In this document: in pieces, positions 50,294-60,038 of the stretch
Position numbering within the stretch: the stretch's first letter is position 1
Layout: each line of letters begins with the position of its first letter
NCBI GenBank assembly: GCA_963805975.1
Contig: CAWDVR010000005.1
Location: 654,156 to 718,155, forward strand
Direction of reading: 5' to 3'
DNA: 64,000 bases
Source: an uncultured Acidobacteriota bacterium
GTDB lineage: Bacteria; Acidobacteriota; Thermoanaerobaculia; Multivoradales; SZUA-115
Notes under the pieces: model-generated
The model's database searches: none
The model's input: only the letters and a program-made list of their open reading frames with translations
What the model was told of the DNA's origin: nothing
Made by a program: the position numbers and the translations under genes

Positions 50294-51441
50294 GCCTCGG
50301 ATCGAGCCGCAACCAACCCCAGATCCTCGTAGATCCCCTCCAGCGCCGCCCGCATCCGCTCCTCGTGGTCGGCGTCGGAGGGGAGGCCGTTGAAGGCGAG
50401 GGCCACGGCGAGACCGTGCCGGGGGTCGGCGAAGCCGGTGGAGGAGCGGTAGCCGCTGTGGCCGAAGGCGCGCGGGGAGCAGAGCCGGCCGTAGGCGTAC
50501 GGAACGTCCTCGCCGTACTGCTTCGAGTCCGGGATGAAGCCCAGCCCCCAGTCCATCACGTGCTTGAAGGTATGGTCGTACATCCCCACGCGGTGGCGGG
50601 CGGTCAAGGCCTCGACGGTTTGCGGCCGGAGGATCACGGCCTCGCCCAGCCGGCCTCTCTCGAGGAGCATCTCGTAGAACCGCCCCAGCTCCCGCATGGG
50701 CCCGCGCCCGCCGCCGGCCGGCGACGAGCGCGTGCAGTGCGCCTCGCTGTCCCAATCGAATCTGGCCGGCGCCGGTCCCGAGGTGTCCCAGCAGGCGGCG
50801 ATCTTTTCTTTGGCCGTCGCGTACCGATCGGCCGGCATGCCGATCCAGGAGCCGGTCATTCCCAGAGGCTCGAAGATCTCCTCGCGCACGTAGCCCTCGA
50901 AGGGCCGGCCGGAGAGGCGTCGCACCACCTCGCCCAGGATGAACCAGCTCGAGGCCTGGTGGTAGCCGGCCTTTTCGCCCGGCCGCCAGCGTGGCTCCAG
51001 GCGGGCGGCACAGATCCTGGCGATCGTCGCCTCCCAGGGGAGGGCCGGGTAACCCACGTCCAGCATGCGGAAGCCGCCGGTGTGGGTGAGGGCGTGACGA
51101 AGGGTGATCTCCTCCTTGCCGCCAGCCGCGAACTCCGGCAGGTGGAGGGCGATCGGGTCGTCGAGATCGAGGAGACCTCGCTCCCACAGCCGGCCGAGGG
51201 CCACGGCCGTGACCGGCTTGGTGGACGACAGCCAGAGCATCAGGGCGTCCGCGGCGAGCGGCCGGCCCCCGTCCTCGCTGGTGGGGCCGGGCGAGTCCTC
51301 GCCGAAGGCGGCGTCGGCCACCACCTCGCCGTGGAGAGAGACATAGATCTGCCCGCCCGGGTGCAGGCCGCGCCGCCGCCCGTCCTCGATCGCCCGGGCC
51401 GCTCGCGGCAACCGCGCGAGCGTCACCGGCCCGACGCTCAT
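50290..51441 (-). CDS. Serine hydrolase, beta-lactamase-related family
   Basis: SSTK, LTHTGG, FGHSG. Confidence 0.88.
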   Translation of the reverse strand: MSVGPVTLARLPRAARAIEDGRRRGLHPGGQIYVSLHGEVVADAAFGEDSPGPTSEDGGRPLAADALMLWLSSTKPVTAVALGRLWERGLLDLDDPIALHLPEFAAGGKEEITLRHALTHTGGFRMLDVGYPALPWEATIARICAARLEPRWRPGEKAGYHQASSWFILGEVVRRLSGRPFEGYVREEIFEPLGMTGSWIGMPADRYATAKEKIAACWDTSGPAPARFDWDSEAHCTRSSPAGGGRGPMRELGRFYEMLLERGRLGEAVILRPQTVEALTARHRVGMYDHTFKHVMDWGLGFIPDSKQYGEDVPYAYGRLCSPRAFGHSGYRSSTGFADPRHGLAVALAFNGLPSDADHEERMRAALEGIYEDLGLVAARSEA

Positions 51442-52256
51442 CGTTTGGGCATGCCTTCCTGGTTCTCGACCTGGAAGACTGCTTCGTCCTCCAGCCGCAG
51501 GGCGGTGAGCTTCCCGCCCCAGGCGCAGCCGGAGTCGAGGCCGGCGACGCCGGGGCCGAAGTGCAGGCCGAGGGCCGCCCAATGCCCGAAGACCACGGTC
51601 AGCTCTCCTTCGCGCTGATGGGAGCGGTCGAACCAGGGAAAGCAGCCGGCCGGCGCTTCGGCGGGCGGACCGGCGAAGCGCTCGCAAGGGCGGCCCTCGT
51701 CGGTCAGCGTGCGCAGGTGCGTGAGCGCGGAGACCGCCATGCGGCGGCGCTCGAACGCAGACAGCTTCTCGCTCCAGGCCGGGAAGGGCGGCGTCTTGAC
51801 CGCCGCGAGCAGGCGCATTGCTCCTCGACCGCGGAGTGCCGTCTCGGCATCGCGGGCCAGCACCTCTGCCCGCGCCACGGTCCAGGAAGGAAACAGGCCG
51901 GCGTGCACCATCACCCAGCGGCCCTCGCGGTGGAGGAGTGGGCGCGCGCGCAGCCAGTCTAGGAGCGCGGGAGCGTCCTCGGCTGCGAGCACGCGGTCCA
52001 GCGTGTCTTTGGGCCGCGCCTCGGAGACCCCCAGGGCGCGAGCTAGCAGGTGCAGATCGTGGTTGCCGAGCACGGCCACGGCGCGGTCGCCCAGGCCTCG
52101 TGCCCAGCGCAGCACCTCGAGTGAGGCGGGCCCCCGGTTCACGAGGTCCCCCACCAGCCAGAGGCGGTCCCTGGACGGGCGGAAACGGATCTCGGCCAGC
52201 AGGGCGCGAACGCTGTCGTAGCAGCCGTGAATGTCGCCGATGACGTAGGTGGCCAT
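51438..52256 (-). CDS. apaH: Symmetrical diadenosine tetraphosphatase
   Basis: GDIHG, GDLVNRGP, LGNHD, FGHWAALG, LDSGC.WG. Confidence 0.95.
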   Translation of the reverse strand: MATYVIGDIHGCYDSVRALLAEIRFRPSRDRLWLVGDLVNRGPASLEVLRWARGLGDRAVAVLGNHDLHLLARALGVSEARPKDTLDRVLAAEDAPALLDWLRARPLLHREGRWVMVHAGLFPSWTVARAEVLARDAETALRGRGAMRLLAAVKTPPFPAWSEKLSAFERRRMAVSALTHLRTLTDEGRPCERFAGPPAEAPAGCFPWFDRSHQREGELTVVFGHWAALGLHFGPGVAGLDSGCAWGGKLTALRLEDEAVFQVENQEGMPKR

Positions 52257-52396
52257 GGCTTGATCGGGGTCGTTCGCGGCACTCGGGTCGGCGCCCGAGG
52301 CTTGCGGATACGTTAGCCGAGAGCAGGCCGAAGACCAAGAGAGCGCATGCTAGGCTGCCGCGTCCAACCTTCCCTCCCACCGGCCAGAGATCTCCC

Positions 52397-53692
52397 ATGA
52401 CCGACGCTCTCACCCGCATCAACGATTCGATCGCCGCCGCCTCGCCGGCGCTCTTCGCGGCGCTTTCGCCGCTCGGCCGGCGGATCCACTTTCCGCCCGA
52501 CATTCCCTTCCAGGCCGGCCAGGCGCGGGGCAAGACCTTCAACGGCACCATCGGCCAGATCACCGACGGCGCCGGCAAGGCGATCTCGCTCGGCGCTCTG
52601 GCGGCCGGTCTCGACGCGATGCCCGCCGACGAGCGCAACCGCGCGCTCCTCTACTCGCCGGTCGAAGGCTTTCCCGACCTGCGGAAGGCGTGGGCGGACT
52701 GGCAGCGGCGCGCGCTCCCGGAGCCGCCGCCGGCGACTCTGCCCATCGTCACCGTCGGTCTCGGGCACGGCCTGTCGACCCTCGCCGACCTCTTCGGCGG
52801 CGAAGGCCGGGCGATCGTGACCCCGGCACCCTTCTGGGGCAACTACCGGCAGACCTTCGCCGCGCGCACCGGCGCGCGCATGGTGCCGACGCCGGCCTAC
52901 CGTGGCGACGGGTTCGACGTCGAGGGCCTGGTCGCCACGCTCGCCACCCTCCCGGCGAGGGAGCCGGCCGTGGTGCTGCTCAACTTTCCGTCGAACCCCG
53001 GCGGCTACTCGCTCTCGGCCGAGGAGCGAGGCGAGGTCCAGGCGGCGCTCCTGGCCGCCGCGGAGACACGGCCCCTGGTCGTCGTCTGCGACGATGCCTA
53101 CGCCGGCTTGGTCTACGAGGCGGAGATACCCCGCGGCTCGCTGTTCTGGGAGCTCGCCGGCCTCCACCCGAACCTGGTGCCGGTGAAGGTGGACGGGGCC
53201 ACCAAGGAGCTGGCGTTTTTCGGCGGCCGGCTCGGCTTTCTCACGTTTCCCTTCGCCGCCGATTCCGCGATCGCCGGGGCGCTCGAGAGCAAGGTCAAGG
53301 GCCTGGTGCGCTCCACGGTGGGCTCGCCCGTGGCGGTCACCCAGCGCCTGGCGTACGCGGCGCTCTCCGATCCGGGGACGCCGGCCGAGGTCGAAGCCCT
53401 GCGCCGGGTCCTCGCCGAGCGCTACCGTGCGCTCCGGGCGGCCCTCGCCGCCGTGGACCCGGCATGGATCAAGCCGCTGGCCTTCAACTCGGGCTGCTTC
53501 GCGCTGGTCGAGCTGCCGCCGGGCGTCGACCCCGAGCGCGCCCGGCTCCACCTGCTGGAGCACCACGACACCGGCCTGATCTCGGTCGCGCCGCGCTACC
53601 TGCGGATCGCCTTCTGCTCGCTCGCCAGCGAGGCGATCCCGGAGCTGGTGCGGCGTTTGGAGCGCGGGGTGCAGGAGCTCGCGACGCACTGA
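52397..53692 (+). CDS. Class I/II PLP-dependent aminotransferase
   Basis: NFPSNPGG, CDDAY, DGATKE..FFGGRLG. Confidence 0.88.
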   Translation: MTDALTRINDSIAAASPALFAALSPLGRRIHFPPDIPFQAGQARGKTFNGTIGQITDGAGKAISLGALAAGLDAMPADERNRALLYSPVEGFPDLRKAWADWQRRALPEPPPATLPIVTVGLGHGLSTLADLFGGEGRAIVTPAPFWGNYRQTFAARTGARMVPTPAYRGDGFDVEGLVATLATLPAREPAVVLLNFPSNPGGYSLSAEERGEVQAALLAAAETRPLVVVCDDAYAGLVYEAEIPRGSLFWELAGLHPNLVPVKVDGATKELAFFGGRLGFLTFPFAADSAIAGALESKVKGLVRSTVGSPVAVTQRLAYAALSDPGTPAEVEALRRVLAERYRALRAALAAVDPAWIKPLAFNSGCFALVELPPGVDPERARLHLLEHHDTGLISVAPRYLRIAFCSLASEAIPELVRRLERGVQELATH

Positions 53693-53733
53693 GGCTGCGA
53701 CCGAAGTCCGCGTGCGATAATCCTGCCGCAGCG

Positions 53734-54147
53734 ATGACTCCCCTCACCTCTCGCGACGGCACCGAAAGCGACTCCACCACGCGGGGCATCCGCGTGCAGG
53801 CGAAGAGCTTCTTCGTCCCCGAGCGCAGCTCGGAGCTCGAGAGCTACTTCTTCTTCGCCTACCAGGTCCGCATCTCGAACGAGGGCTCGGAGACGGCGCA
53901 GCTCCTGTCGCGCGAGTGGATCATCACCGACGGCGACGGCAAGGTGCAGCGGGTGGTGGGGCCCGGTGTGGTCGGCGAGCAGCCGGTCCTGGCCCCGGGC
54001 GGGAGCTTCGAGTACACGAGCTTCTGCCCGCTGTCGACGCCGGTGGGCTCGATGCACGGCTCCTACCGCATGCTTTCGGGCGACGGCGAGCGCTTCGACG
54101 CCGACATCGCGCTGTTCTCGCTCGCCGTTCCCGGGGTCGTGAACTAG
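53734..54147 (+). CDS. apaG: ApaG protein
   Basis: FAYQVRISN, WIITDG, GPGVVGEQP, YTSFC, GSMHG. Confidence 0.95.
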   Translation: MTPLTSRDGTESDSTTRGIRVQAKSFFVPERSSELESYFFFAYQVRISNEGSETAQLLSREWIITDGDGKVQRVVGPGVVGEQPVLAPGGSFEYTSFCPLSTPVGSMHGSYRMLSGDGERFDADIALFSLAVPGVVN

Positions 54148-54151
54148 GCCC

Positions 54152-54703
54152 GTGCGCCGTCCGGCCGTCCAGCTCCGGCTGCGCGCCGACCGGCGGGGCA
54201 GGGTGCTCGCCGTGCTGGCCGGCAGGTCGGCGCCCTCGCCCGGCCTGACCCTCGCGCCGCTGGTGGCTGACGCCGGCGCCGCTCCACTCCTCGATTTTCT
54301 CCTCGCTCTCGCCCGCGCCGGTGCCGCCTGGAGCGCGGAGCTCGCCCCCGCGGCCGGGGGAGAGCCGCTCTACCTGGCCGGGGTCGCGGCGGGGGACGGC
54401 ACGCTGGTGGCAGGAGACCACGACGAAGCGCGGCTCGCGCGTTTCTGCCGCTGGCTGATCGAGGCGCCGGCCGGCCTCGGCGAGCCCGCGCCCAGACCGG
54501 AAGCCCTGGCCGAGCTGGCACGGCTGGTCGAGGCGGTGTCGTCCGAGCCTGTGGAGGAAGGAGTGGAAGCGCTGCAGCGCAGGGTGGCAGAGCAAGAAAA
54601 AGAGATCGCGAGGCTGAAGGCAGCGTTGGCGAAGCGGCCCTCACCCCCGCCGCTCACCCCTACAGTTCGGGTCCCCTCTCCCCGCGAGCGGGGAGAGGGT
54701 TAG
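54152..54703 (+). CDS. Hypothetical protein with C-terminal coiled coil
   Basis: ORF fills the gap after apaG; no recognisable motif. Confidence 0.45.
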   Translation: MRRPAVQLRLRADRRGRVLAVLAGRSAPSPGLTLAPLVADAGAAPLLDFLLALARAGAAWSAELAPAAGGEPLYLAGVAAGDGTLVAGDHDEARLARFCRWLIEAPAGLGEPAPRPEALAELARLVEAVSSEPVEEGVEALQRRVAEQEKEIARLKAALAKRPSPPPLTPTVRVPSPRERGEG

Positions 54704-54712
54704 GGTGAGGGG
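54638..54712. repeat. Palindromic repeat (CCCTCACCC / CCCTCTCCCC..GGGGAGAGGG type) between convergent genes
   Basis: 12-bp hairpin 54674-54699 nested in CCCTCACCC...GGGTGAGGG. Confidence 0.7.
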
Positions 54713-56382
54713 CTCTTCTCCCGCCGCACCACCTGCCCCGGCTTGGCACCGGTGTGCTCGCCGTCGGCAAGCACCTGCACGCCGTTGACGAACACGTGGA
54801 CCACGCCGGTCGCGAGCTGCTGGGGCTCCTCGAAGGTGGCGTGGTCGGCGATCTTCGCCGGGTCGAAGAGCACGAGGTCCGCGGCGTAGCCCGGTGCCAG
54901 GCGCCCGCGTTTGCCCAGGTGCAGGTTCTCGGCCGGCAACGAGGTGAGCCGGCGGATCGCCTCCGCGAGCGGCATCACCTGCTCGTCGCGCACGTAGCGG
55001 CCCAGCAGGCGGGCGAAGTTGCCGTAGGCCCGAGGATGGGTGCTCGATTTGAGGAACGCGCCCTCGGGTGCTTGCGACGGCGCGTCCGAGCCGAAGCTCA
55101 CCCACGGCAGCGCGAGCTGGCGCGCGACGTTCTCCTCGGACATCAGGAAGTACACGGCGCCCACCCCGGCCTCGTCCTCGACCAGGAGGTCCATGGCCGT
55201 CTCCTCGGGCCGCGTGCCGCGCATCGCCGCTACCTGGGCCAGGGTCTTGCCGGTCAGAGATTTAAGGGCTTCGGTCTTGAAGCCCACGAGGAGGATCTTC
55301 TCCGGCCCGGCGCCCAGGTAGAAGTTCTCCCACGGGGCTTCCGGGTCGTTCATCTCGGCCACCAGACTGGCGCGCATGACCGGGTCCCGCAGGCGGGCGA
55401 GGAACGGCTCCAGCCCGCCTTCCTGCACCCAGGGCGGCAGCGTGGCCGCGAGGCTCGTGGCGCCGGCGGTGTAGGTGTACATGTCGGCCGTGATGCGCAA
55501 GCCCTCGGCGCGCGCCGCCTCGATCTTGGCGATGGCCGCATCGAGCTTGCCCCAGTTCTGCTTGCCCGCCGCCTTCAGGTGGTAGATCTCGGCGGGAAGG
55601 CCGGCGCGGCGGGAGATATCGATCAGCTCGTCGATGGCCTCGAGCCAGCGGTCGCCCTCGCTCCGCAGGTGGGAGATGTAGACCCCGCCGTGCTCGGCGG
55701 CCACCTTGCACAACGCCACCAGCTCGTCGGTCCCGGCGTAGAAGGCGGGCGGGTAGATCAGCGATGAGCCCACGCCCAGGGCGCCGTCCTCCATCGCCTG
55801 CTCCACCAGTGCCTGCATGCGGGAGAGCTCCTCCGGCGTCGGTGGCCGGTCCGCGTAGCCCAGCTCGTGGATGCGCACCGTGGTGGCGCCCACGAAGGAG
55901 GCGATGTTGGTCGAGATGCCGCGGCCGGCGAGCTGATCCAGGTACTCGCCCAGGGTGGTCCAGGTGACGTCGTAGCGGAGGTCACCCTGCTGGCGGACCA
56001 TCTCCTTTTTCATCTCCTCGTTGAGCGGCCCTTGCGACCAGCCCTCGCCGAAGATCTCGAGCGTCACGCCCTGTTCGATGTCGGAAAGCGAACGGCCGTC
56101 CACCCACAGGGACTCGGTGGCCCAGGACAGCACGTTGATGAAGCCCGGTGCGAGAGCCAGGCCGCCGGCATCGAGCTCCCGCCGACCACGAGCCCGCCCC
56201 AGCTCGCCCACGGCAGTGATCGAGGCGCCGTCCACGGCGAGGTCGCCGCGCGTCGGGGCCCCGCCCGAGCCGTCGTAGACGACGGCATTGCGAAGGACGA
56301 GGTCGTGGGTGGCGGGCGGGGTGCAGGAGGCGAGGAGGGTCCCGACCGCGATCGAGACTGTGAGGTCCGTAGCTCGGGCCAT
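54700..56382 (-). CDS. N-acyl-D-amino-acid deacylase (D-aminoacylase) family, lipoprotein-like
   Basis: LLASC lipobox, APGFI, SHLRSE, FGSD, HPRAYG. Confidence 0.88.
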   Translation of the reverse strand: MARATDLTVSIAVGTLLASCTPPATHDLVLRNAVVYDGSGGAPTRGDLAVDGASITAVGELGRARGRRELDAGGLALAPGFINVLSWATESLWVDGRSLSDIEQGVTLEIFGEGWSQGPLNEEMKKEMVRQQGDLRYDVTWTTLGEYLDQLAGRGISTNIASFVGATTVRIHELGYADRPPTPEELSRMQALVEQAMEDGALGVGSSLIYPPAFYAGTDELVALCKVAAEHGGVYISHLRSEGDRWLEAIDELIDISRRAGLPAEIYHLKAAGKQNWGKLDAAIAKIEAARAEGLRITADMYTYTAGATSLAATLPPWVQEGGLEPFLARLRDPVMRASLVAEMNDPEAPWENFYLGAGPEKILLVGFKTEALKSLTGKTLAQVAAMRGTRPEETAMDLLVEDEAGVGAVYFLMSEENVARQLALPWVSFGSDAPSQAPEGAFLKSSTHPRAYGNFARLLGRYVRDEQVMPLAEAIRRLTSLPAENLHLGKRGRLAPGYAADLVLFDPAKIADHATFEEPQQLATGVVHVFVNGVQVLADGEHTGAKPGQVVRREKSPSP

Positions 56383-56481
56383 GGCAGTACCTCGGATGTC
56401 AGAGAGCGGGAGCCTCTCACGAATTCCTCTCCGTGAGCTGATCGTCCTGGTTCGGTCAAGCCTTCTCAGGAGGAACTCGAA

Positions 56482-58692
56482 ATGGGAGCAAGAAAGTGTT
56501 TACTCGTTGCGCTGGCTCTGGCGGTCCAAAGCGCCGCCTTTGCCCAATCACCGGCCGAGAGCTTCGGCTTCAGAGCCATCCCTGCTTGGGGCGCCACCCC
56601 CGTCCTCACCGTGCTCTGGCAGTTCTCGGACACGGAACCCTTTCCCGCGAACTATCGGGCCAGGTACACCGAGCTGGTCTTCGGCAGAAGCGGGGCCTTG
56701 GTCGAGCCGAGCCTCGGGGGGAGGTTCGGTTTCTTCGATCAGATCAGTAACGGCAGCATCAACTTCCTCAATGCCGGCGTCATCGGCCCGATCATGGCCA
56801 GGGACGTTCCCGGCACCCCTGCCGACGAGAGCAAGCTGTCCGCGGCTCCGTCCGGAGCCCACGAGTTCGCTTCGATGGTGCTCTCGGCGGCGGAGAGGGC
56901 CGGCTTCGACTTCCGGCCGTTCGACAAGAACCGGGACGGGGTGATCGGTCGCGACGAGCTGTGCATCACCCTCATCAACTCCGACCGGCGAAGCCACGAG
57001 TTCTTCTCGACGACCGAGTGGCCGCCGGTGCCCGGAACTTCGGGCACCCACTTCAACGACCTCGGCTACTCCTTTCGAAGGCTGCTGGGCTATGTCTACG
57101 TTCCTCACCTCCCCGCCCCTCCCGCCGGGACACGGCCTCTCAACTTCTGGTTCAAGCCGGAGACCGGGGACAACTACACGACCACGCGTACCAGCGCGCC
57201 CGGCGGCTACTCCAACGAGCGCGTCTTCGGCCACGTGTTCTCGGCCTCCTCGGCCCGGCCGGCCGGGACCGTCGCCACGTTCACCTGGCACAACCCGGTG
57301 CGGCGCGACTACCTGCTGACGACGGCGAGCAGCTCGAGCGTGGAGGCGACGGCGTTGAGAAGGGAGGGCTACTCTCTGGTGAGGAGCGAAGGCTTCATCT
57401 TCGATCCCAGCCTGGCGCAGCCGCGGGATACGGTGCCTCTCTACCTGTGGGAGGGGAATGGGCTCATCGGCGGTGCGCAGACCCCCGGGATCGGTGTCGC
57501 ACTGTCCGGAGGTCTGCGCATCGAGACCGCCTCGATCACCGTCGCACAAGACTGCATCCACAACCTCTCGGTCCTCGGCCACGAGATGATTCACTACGTG
57601 GGGGGCCTGGATGTCTACGGCGCGGGGCTCGCGAAGAACTTCCAGTACTCGCTCATGGCGGCGCTCCAGGGCGGTGTGCGGCTCTTGCACCCGGACCCGA
57701 TGAACAAGATCCTGGCCGGCTGGATCGAGCCCAGCGCGAAGACCATCGGCACGAGAGAGACGTTCGAGATCCTGGCAACCGAGGGCGCGAAGAACTCCAA
57801 GGGCAAGGCCTACGTCTTCTACGACCCGGCCCGAGGCAAGAGAGAGTTCTTCGTTCTCGAGTACCGCCACCGGCATCAGTTGAGCGGGCGAAGCGACCTG
57901 CTGCCGCTCTACAACCGCTGGGACAGTGGCCGAGGCGACAACTATGCCTCGACGACCTACAACAACGACGTGCTCTTCGATCCCAGGCCGATCCCGTCCC
58001 GCTACCACAAGGTGGAGGGTTTCATCTTCAGCCCTTCGAGCCCCCAGCCGGCCGGGACGGTGCCGCTCTACAGTTGGTACAGCAGCTCGTACGGGGACGG
58101 TTTCACCACGACCAACCCGCTGTGGGCGGTTCGGAGCGGCGACCGCAGGGCACCTGACTATCTGAGCCAGGGTGTGCTGGGCTATGTCTATGATCCGAGG
58201 CGGCCCCAGCCGGCGAACACACTTCCGTTGTACTCCTGGTTCAGCCCGTCGCGCAGCGACAACTACCTGACGGCCGATCGCGGCTGGGTGGGCACGCCGC
58301 TGGTCTCGACCATGGGGCCCGACTACTCCTGCGTGCGGCTCGAGGGTTACATTACGCCCGGCGCCTATTTCAACTACGACGGTGCCGCGTTCAACAACCT
58401 GAACGGAATTCCGGACAGCGGGCTCGCCATCTGGTACGTCAAGATCGGCGACGACGGCCGGCCACTGGTGATCGAGGCTCGGGATCAGCATGGAAACTCC
58501 TTGCCGGGAGAGGCCGACCTGGCCGTGCTGATCCTGTCGCCGGATGGCGGCTACGGCTTCGCGGAAAACCTGTTCAAGAGCAGCGACGGCACGATCGACG
58601 TCCGCTGGCCCGACGGTCGCTCGAGCGGTCTGCGCATCGAGGTGCTGACCACCGATCTGACGAGCTCGATCCTGAGGGTCAGGACGAGGTAG
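56482..58692 (+). CDS. Secreted M6 (immune inhibitor A-like) metalloprotease with two inserted repeat domains
   Basis: Signal peptide, FDKNRDG, HEMIHYVGGLDVY, YSLMA Met-turn, EFFVLEYR, SGLAIW. Confidence 0.8.
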   Translation: MGARKCLLVALALAVQSAAFAQSPAESFGFRAIPAWGATPVLTVLWQFSDTEPFPANYRARYTELVFGRSGALVEPSLGGRFGFFDQISNGSINFLNAGVIGPIMARDVPGTPADESKLSAAPSGAHEFASMVLSAAERAGFDFRPFDKNRDGVIGRDELCITLINSDRRSHEFFSTTEWPPVPGTSGTHFNDLGYSFRRLLGYVYVPHLPAPPAGTRPLNFWFKPETGDNYTTTRTSAPGGYSNERVFGHVFSASSARPAGTVATFTWHNPVRRDYLLTTASSSSVEATALRREGYSLVRSEGFIFDPSLAQPRDTVPLYLWEGNGLIGGAQTPGIGVALSGGLRIETASITVAQDCIHNLSVLGHEMIHYVGGLDVYGAGLAKNFQYSLMAALQGGVRLLHPDPMNKILAGWIEPSAKTIGTRETFEILATEGAKNSKGKAYVFYDPARGKREFFVLEYRHRHQLSGRSDLLPLYNRWDSGRGDNYASTTYNNDVLFDPRPIPSRYHKVEGFIFSPSSPQPAGTVPLYSWYSSSYGDGFTTTNPLWAVRSGDRRAPDYLSQGVLGYVYDPRRPQPANTLPLYSWFSPSRSDNYLTADRGWVGTPLVSTMGPDYSCVRLEGYITPGAYFNYDGAAFNNLNGIPDSGLAIWYVKIGDDGRPLVIEARDQHGNSLPGEADLAVLILSPDGGYGFAENLFKSSDGTIDVRWPDGRSSGLRIEVLTTDLTSSILRVRTR

Positions 58693-58759
58693 GGGGAAAG
58701 GTGCGCTCGGGGCAGCCCGTAGGTGCCCGGAGCGCGTCCTCGGTCCTCTCGGACCTTCC

Positions 58760-59848
58760 TCAGTTCTGCGCCGGCGTGTTCTCCGCAAAGTACTCGTGAC
58801 TGTCCGCGTTGTCCACCGCGCGGTTCGGGTTTGAGGTCGCGAGGCTCCGGCAGGCGCTCTGGCCGTAGGCCCAGTCGTCGGTGCCGGCCACGGCGTTGAA
58901 GTGGCTGGTCTCGTGGATCAGCGTGCCGGCCTTGGAGTCGGTGCCGGAGAGCGGCGCGCTCCAGAAGGCGTTGCACAGCCACACGTGGTACGGCTGGTTG
59001 GGGTAGACGTAGGCGTAGTAGTTGTCGGTGCAGTCGCAGTGGAAGGTGAAGGTGTTGTTGGTGATGCGGGAGAGGATGCTCGAGAAGTTGCTCCGCGCTT
59101 TGTTGTAGCGGCTGGAGCTGTAGGTGCCGAACCAGGTGGTGTAGCGCGGGCCGCGGGTGCCGGCCTGGAGGTAGCTCGAGGAGTTGCTGGCGTAGGTCTG
59201 GGCCTGGCCGAGGGCGCTCCGCAGCGTGGTCTGGCGGGAGGAGGAGCAGGCCACGAAGCTGGGGTTCACGTAGCGGTAGTGGAGGCCCGGGCGCGAGTCG
59301 GGCCCCGGCTCGTCGGCGGCCAGGAGCTCGATGGCGTCGAAGAGGCCGGCGTCGCCCTCGCGCCAGACGGCCACCTCGTTCGAGCGGGTGAGCGCCGGCT
59401 CCTGGCCGCGGCCCAGGGTGAGGTCGATGGGAGCGCCCAGGAAGGCACGGTAGGCGACCGTGTACTCGCCCGGCCGGCGCATGTCGTAGATCGCGGAGAG
59501 CTCGACCATGCCGGCGAGCGACTGTCCGGGCAGGATCTCCAGGTAGTCCTCGGCCCGCGGCGCGGCGCGCTTGACCAGCCGGCCCAGGTAGGCGACGGGC
59601 TCACCGTTCAGCCGCACGTCGAAGAGATCGGCCTCGACGCCGTGGAACGGCGTCAGCCAGCGCGGCAGGCGCACGGTGGCGGCCCCGTCGTTGGCGAGGG
59701 TCAGCCGCACGGCGAGGTCCTCGCTCTCTCCGACCCAGGCCTTGTCTTCGGCCAGCCTCGCCGACAGACCGGGTACCGCGCCGGCAGCCCCGGCCAGGAC
59801 GAGCATTCCCACCAAGAACAACAGTCCGGCTCTCCAGCTCTTCACCAT
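58760..59848 (-). CDS. Secreted M35 peptidyl-Lys-type metalloendopeptidase
   Basis: Signal and pro-region, AYVYP, GTLIHETSH, GTDD, DNADSHEYFAE. Confidence 0.92.
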   Translation of the reverse strand: MVKSWRAGLLFLVGMLVLAGAAGAVPGLSARLAEDKAWVGESEDLAVRLTLANDGAATVRLPRWLTPFHGVEADLFDVRLNGEPVAYLGRLVKRAAPRAEDYLEILPGQSLAGMVELSAIYDMRRPGEYTVAYRAFLGAPIDLTLGRGQEPALTRSNEVAVWREGDAGLFDAIELLAADEPGPDSRPGLHYRYVNPSFVACSSSRQTTLRSALGQAQTYASNSSSYLQAGTRGPRYTTWFGTYSSSRYNKARSNFSSILSRITNNTFTFHCDCTDNYYAYVYPNQPYHVWLCNAFWSAPLSGTDSKAGTLIHETSHFNAVAGTDDWAYGQSACRSLATSNPNRAVDNADSHEYFAENTPAQN

Positions 59849-59970
59849 CGAAACACCTCCTGAGCGACAAGCGGCGCCCGCGAGAGTGCGGGCGCACGAG
59901 ATCTGTCCAACGAGAGAGACTCAACAGGAGGGTGCGAGCCGGTGCGAGGAGCGAGACGGGATGCCGGACG

Positions 59971-59999
59971 TTGACGCCCCTGTGCCTGCCTACTATCCT
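59971..59999 (+). promoter_or_regulatory. Sigma-70 promoter of the DUF885 gene
   Basis: TTGACG-N17-TATCCT. Confidence 0.6.
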
Positions 60000-60038
60000 T
60001 GTAGGACTCATGATCCATTGCGCCGGGGAGGCCACGAC

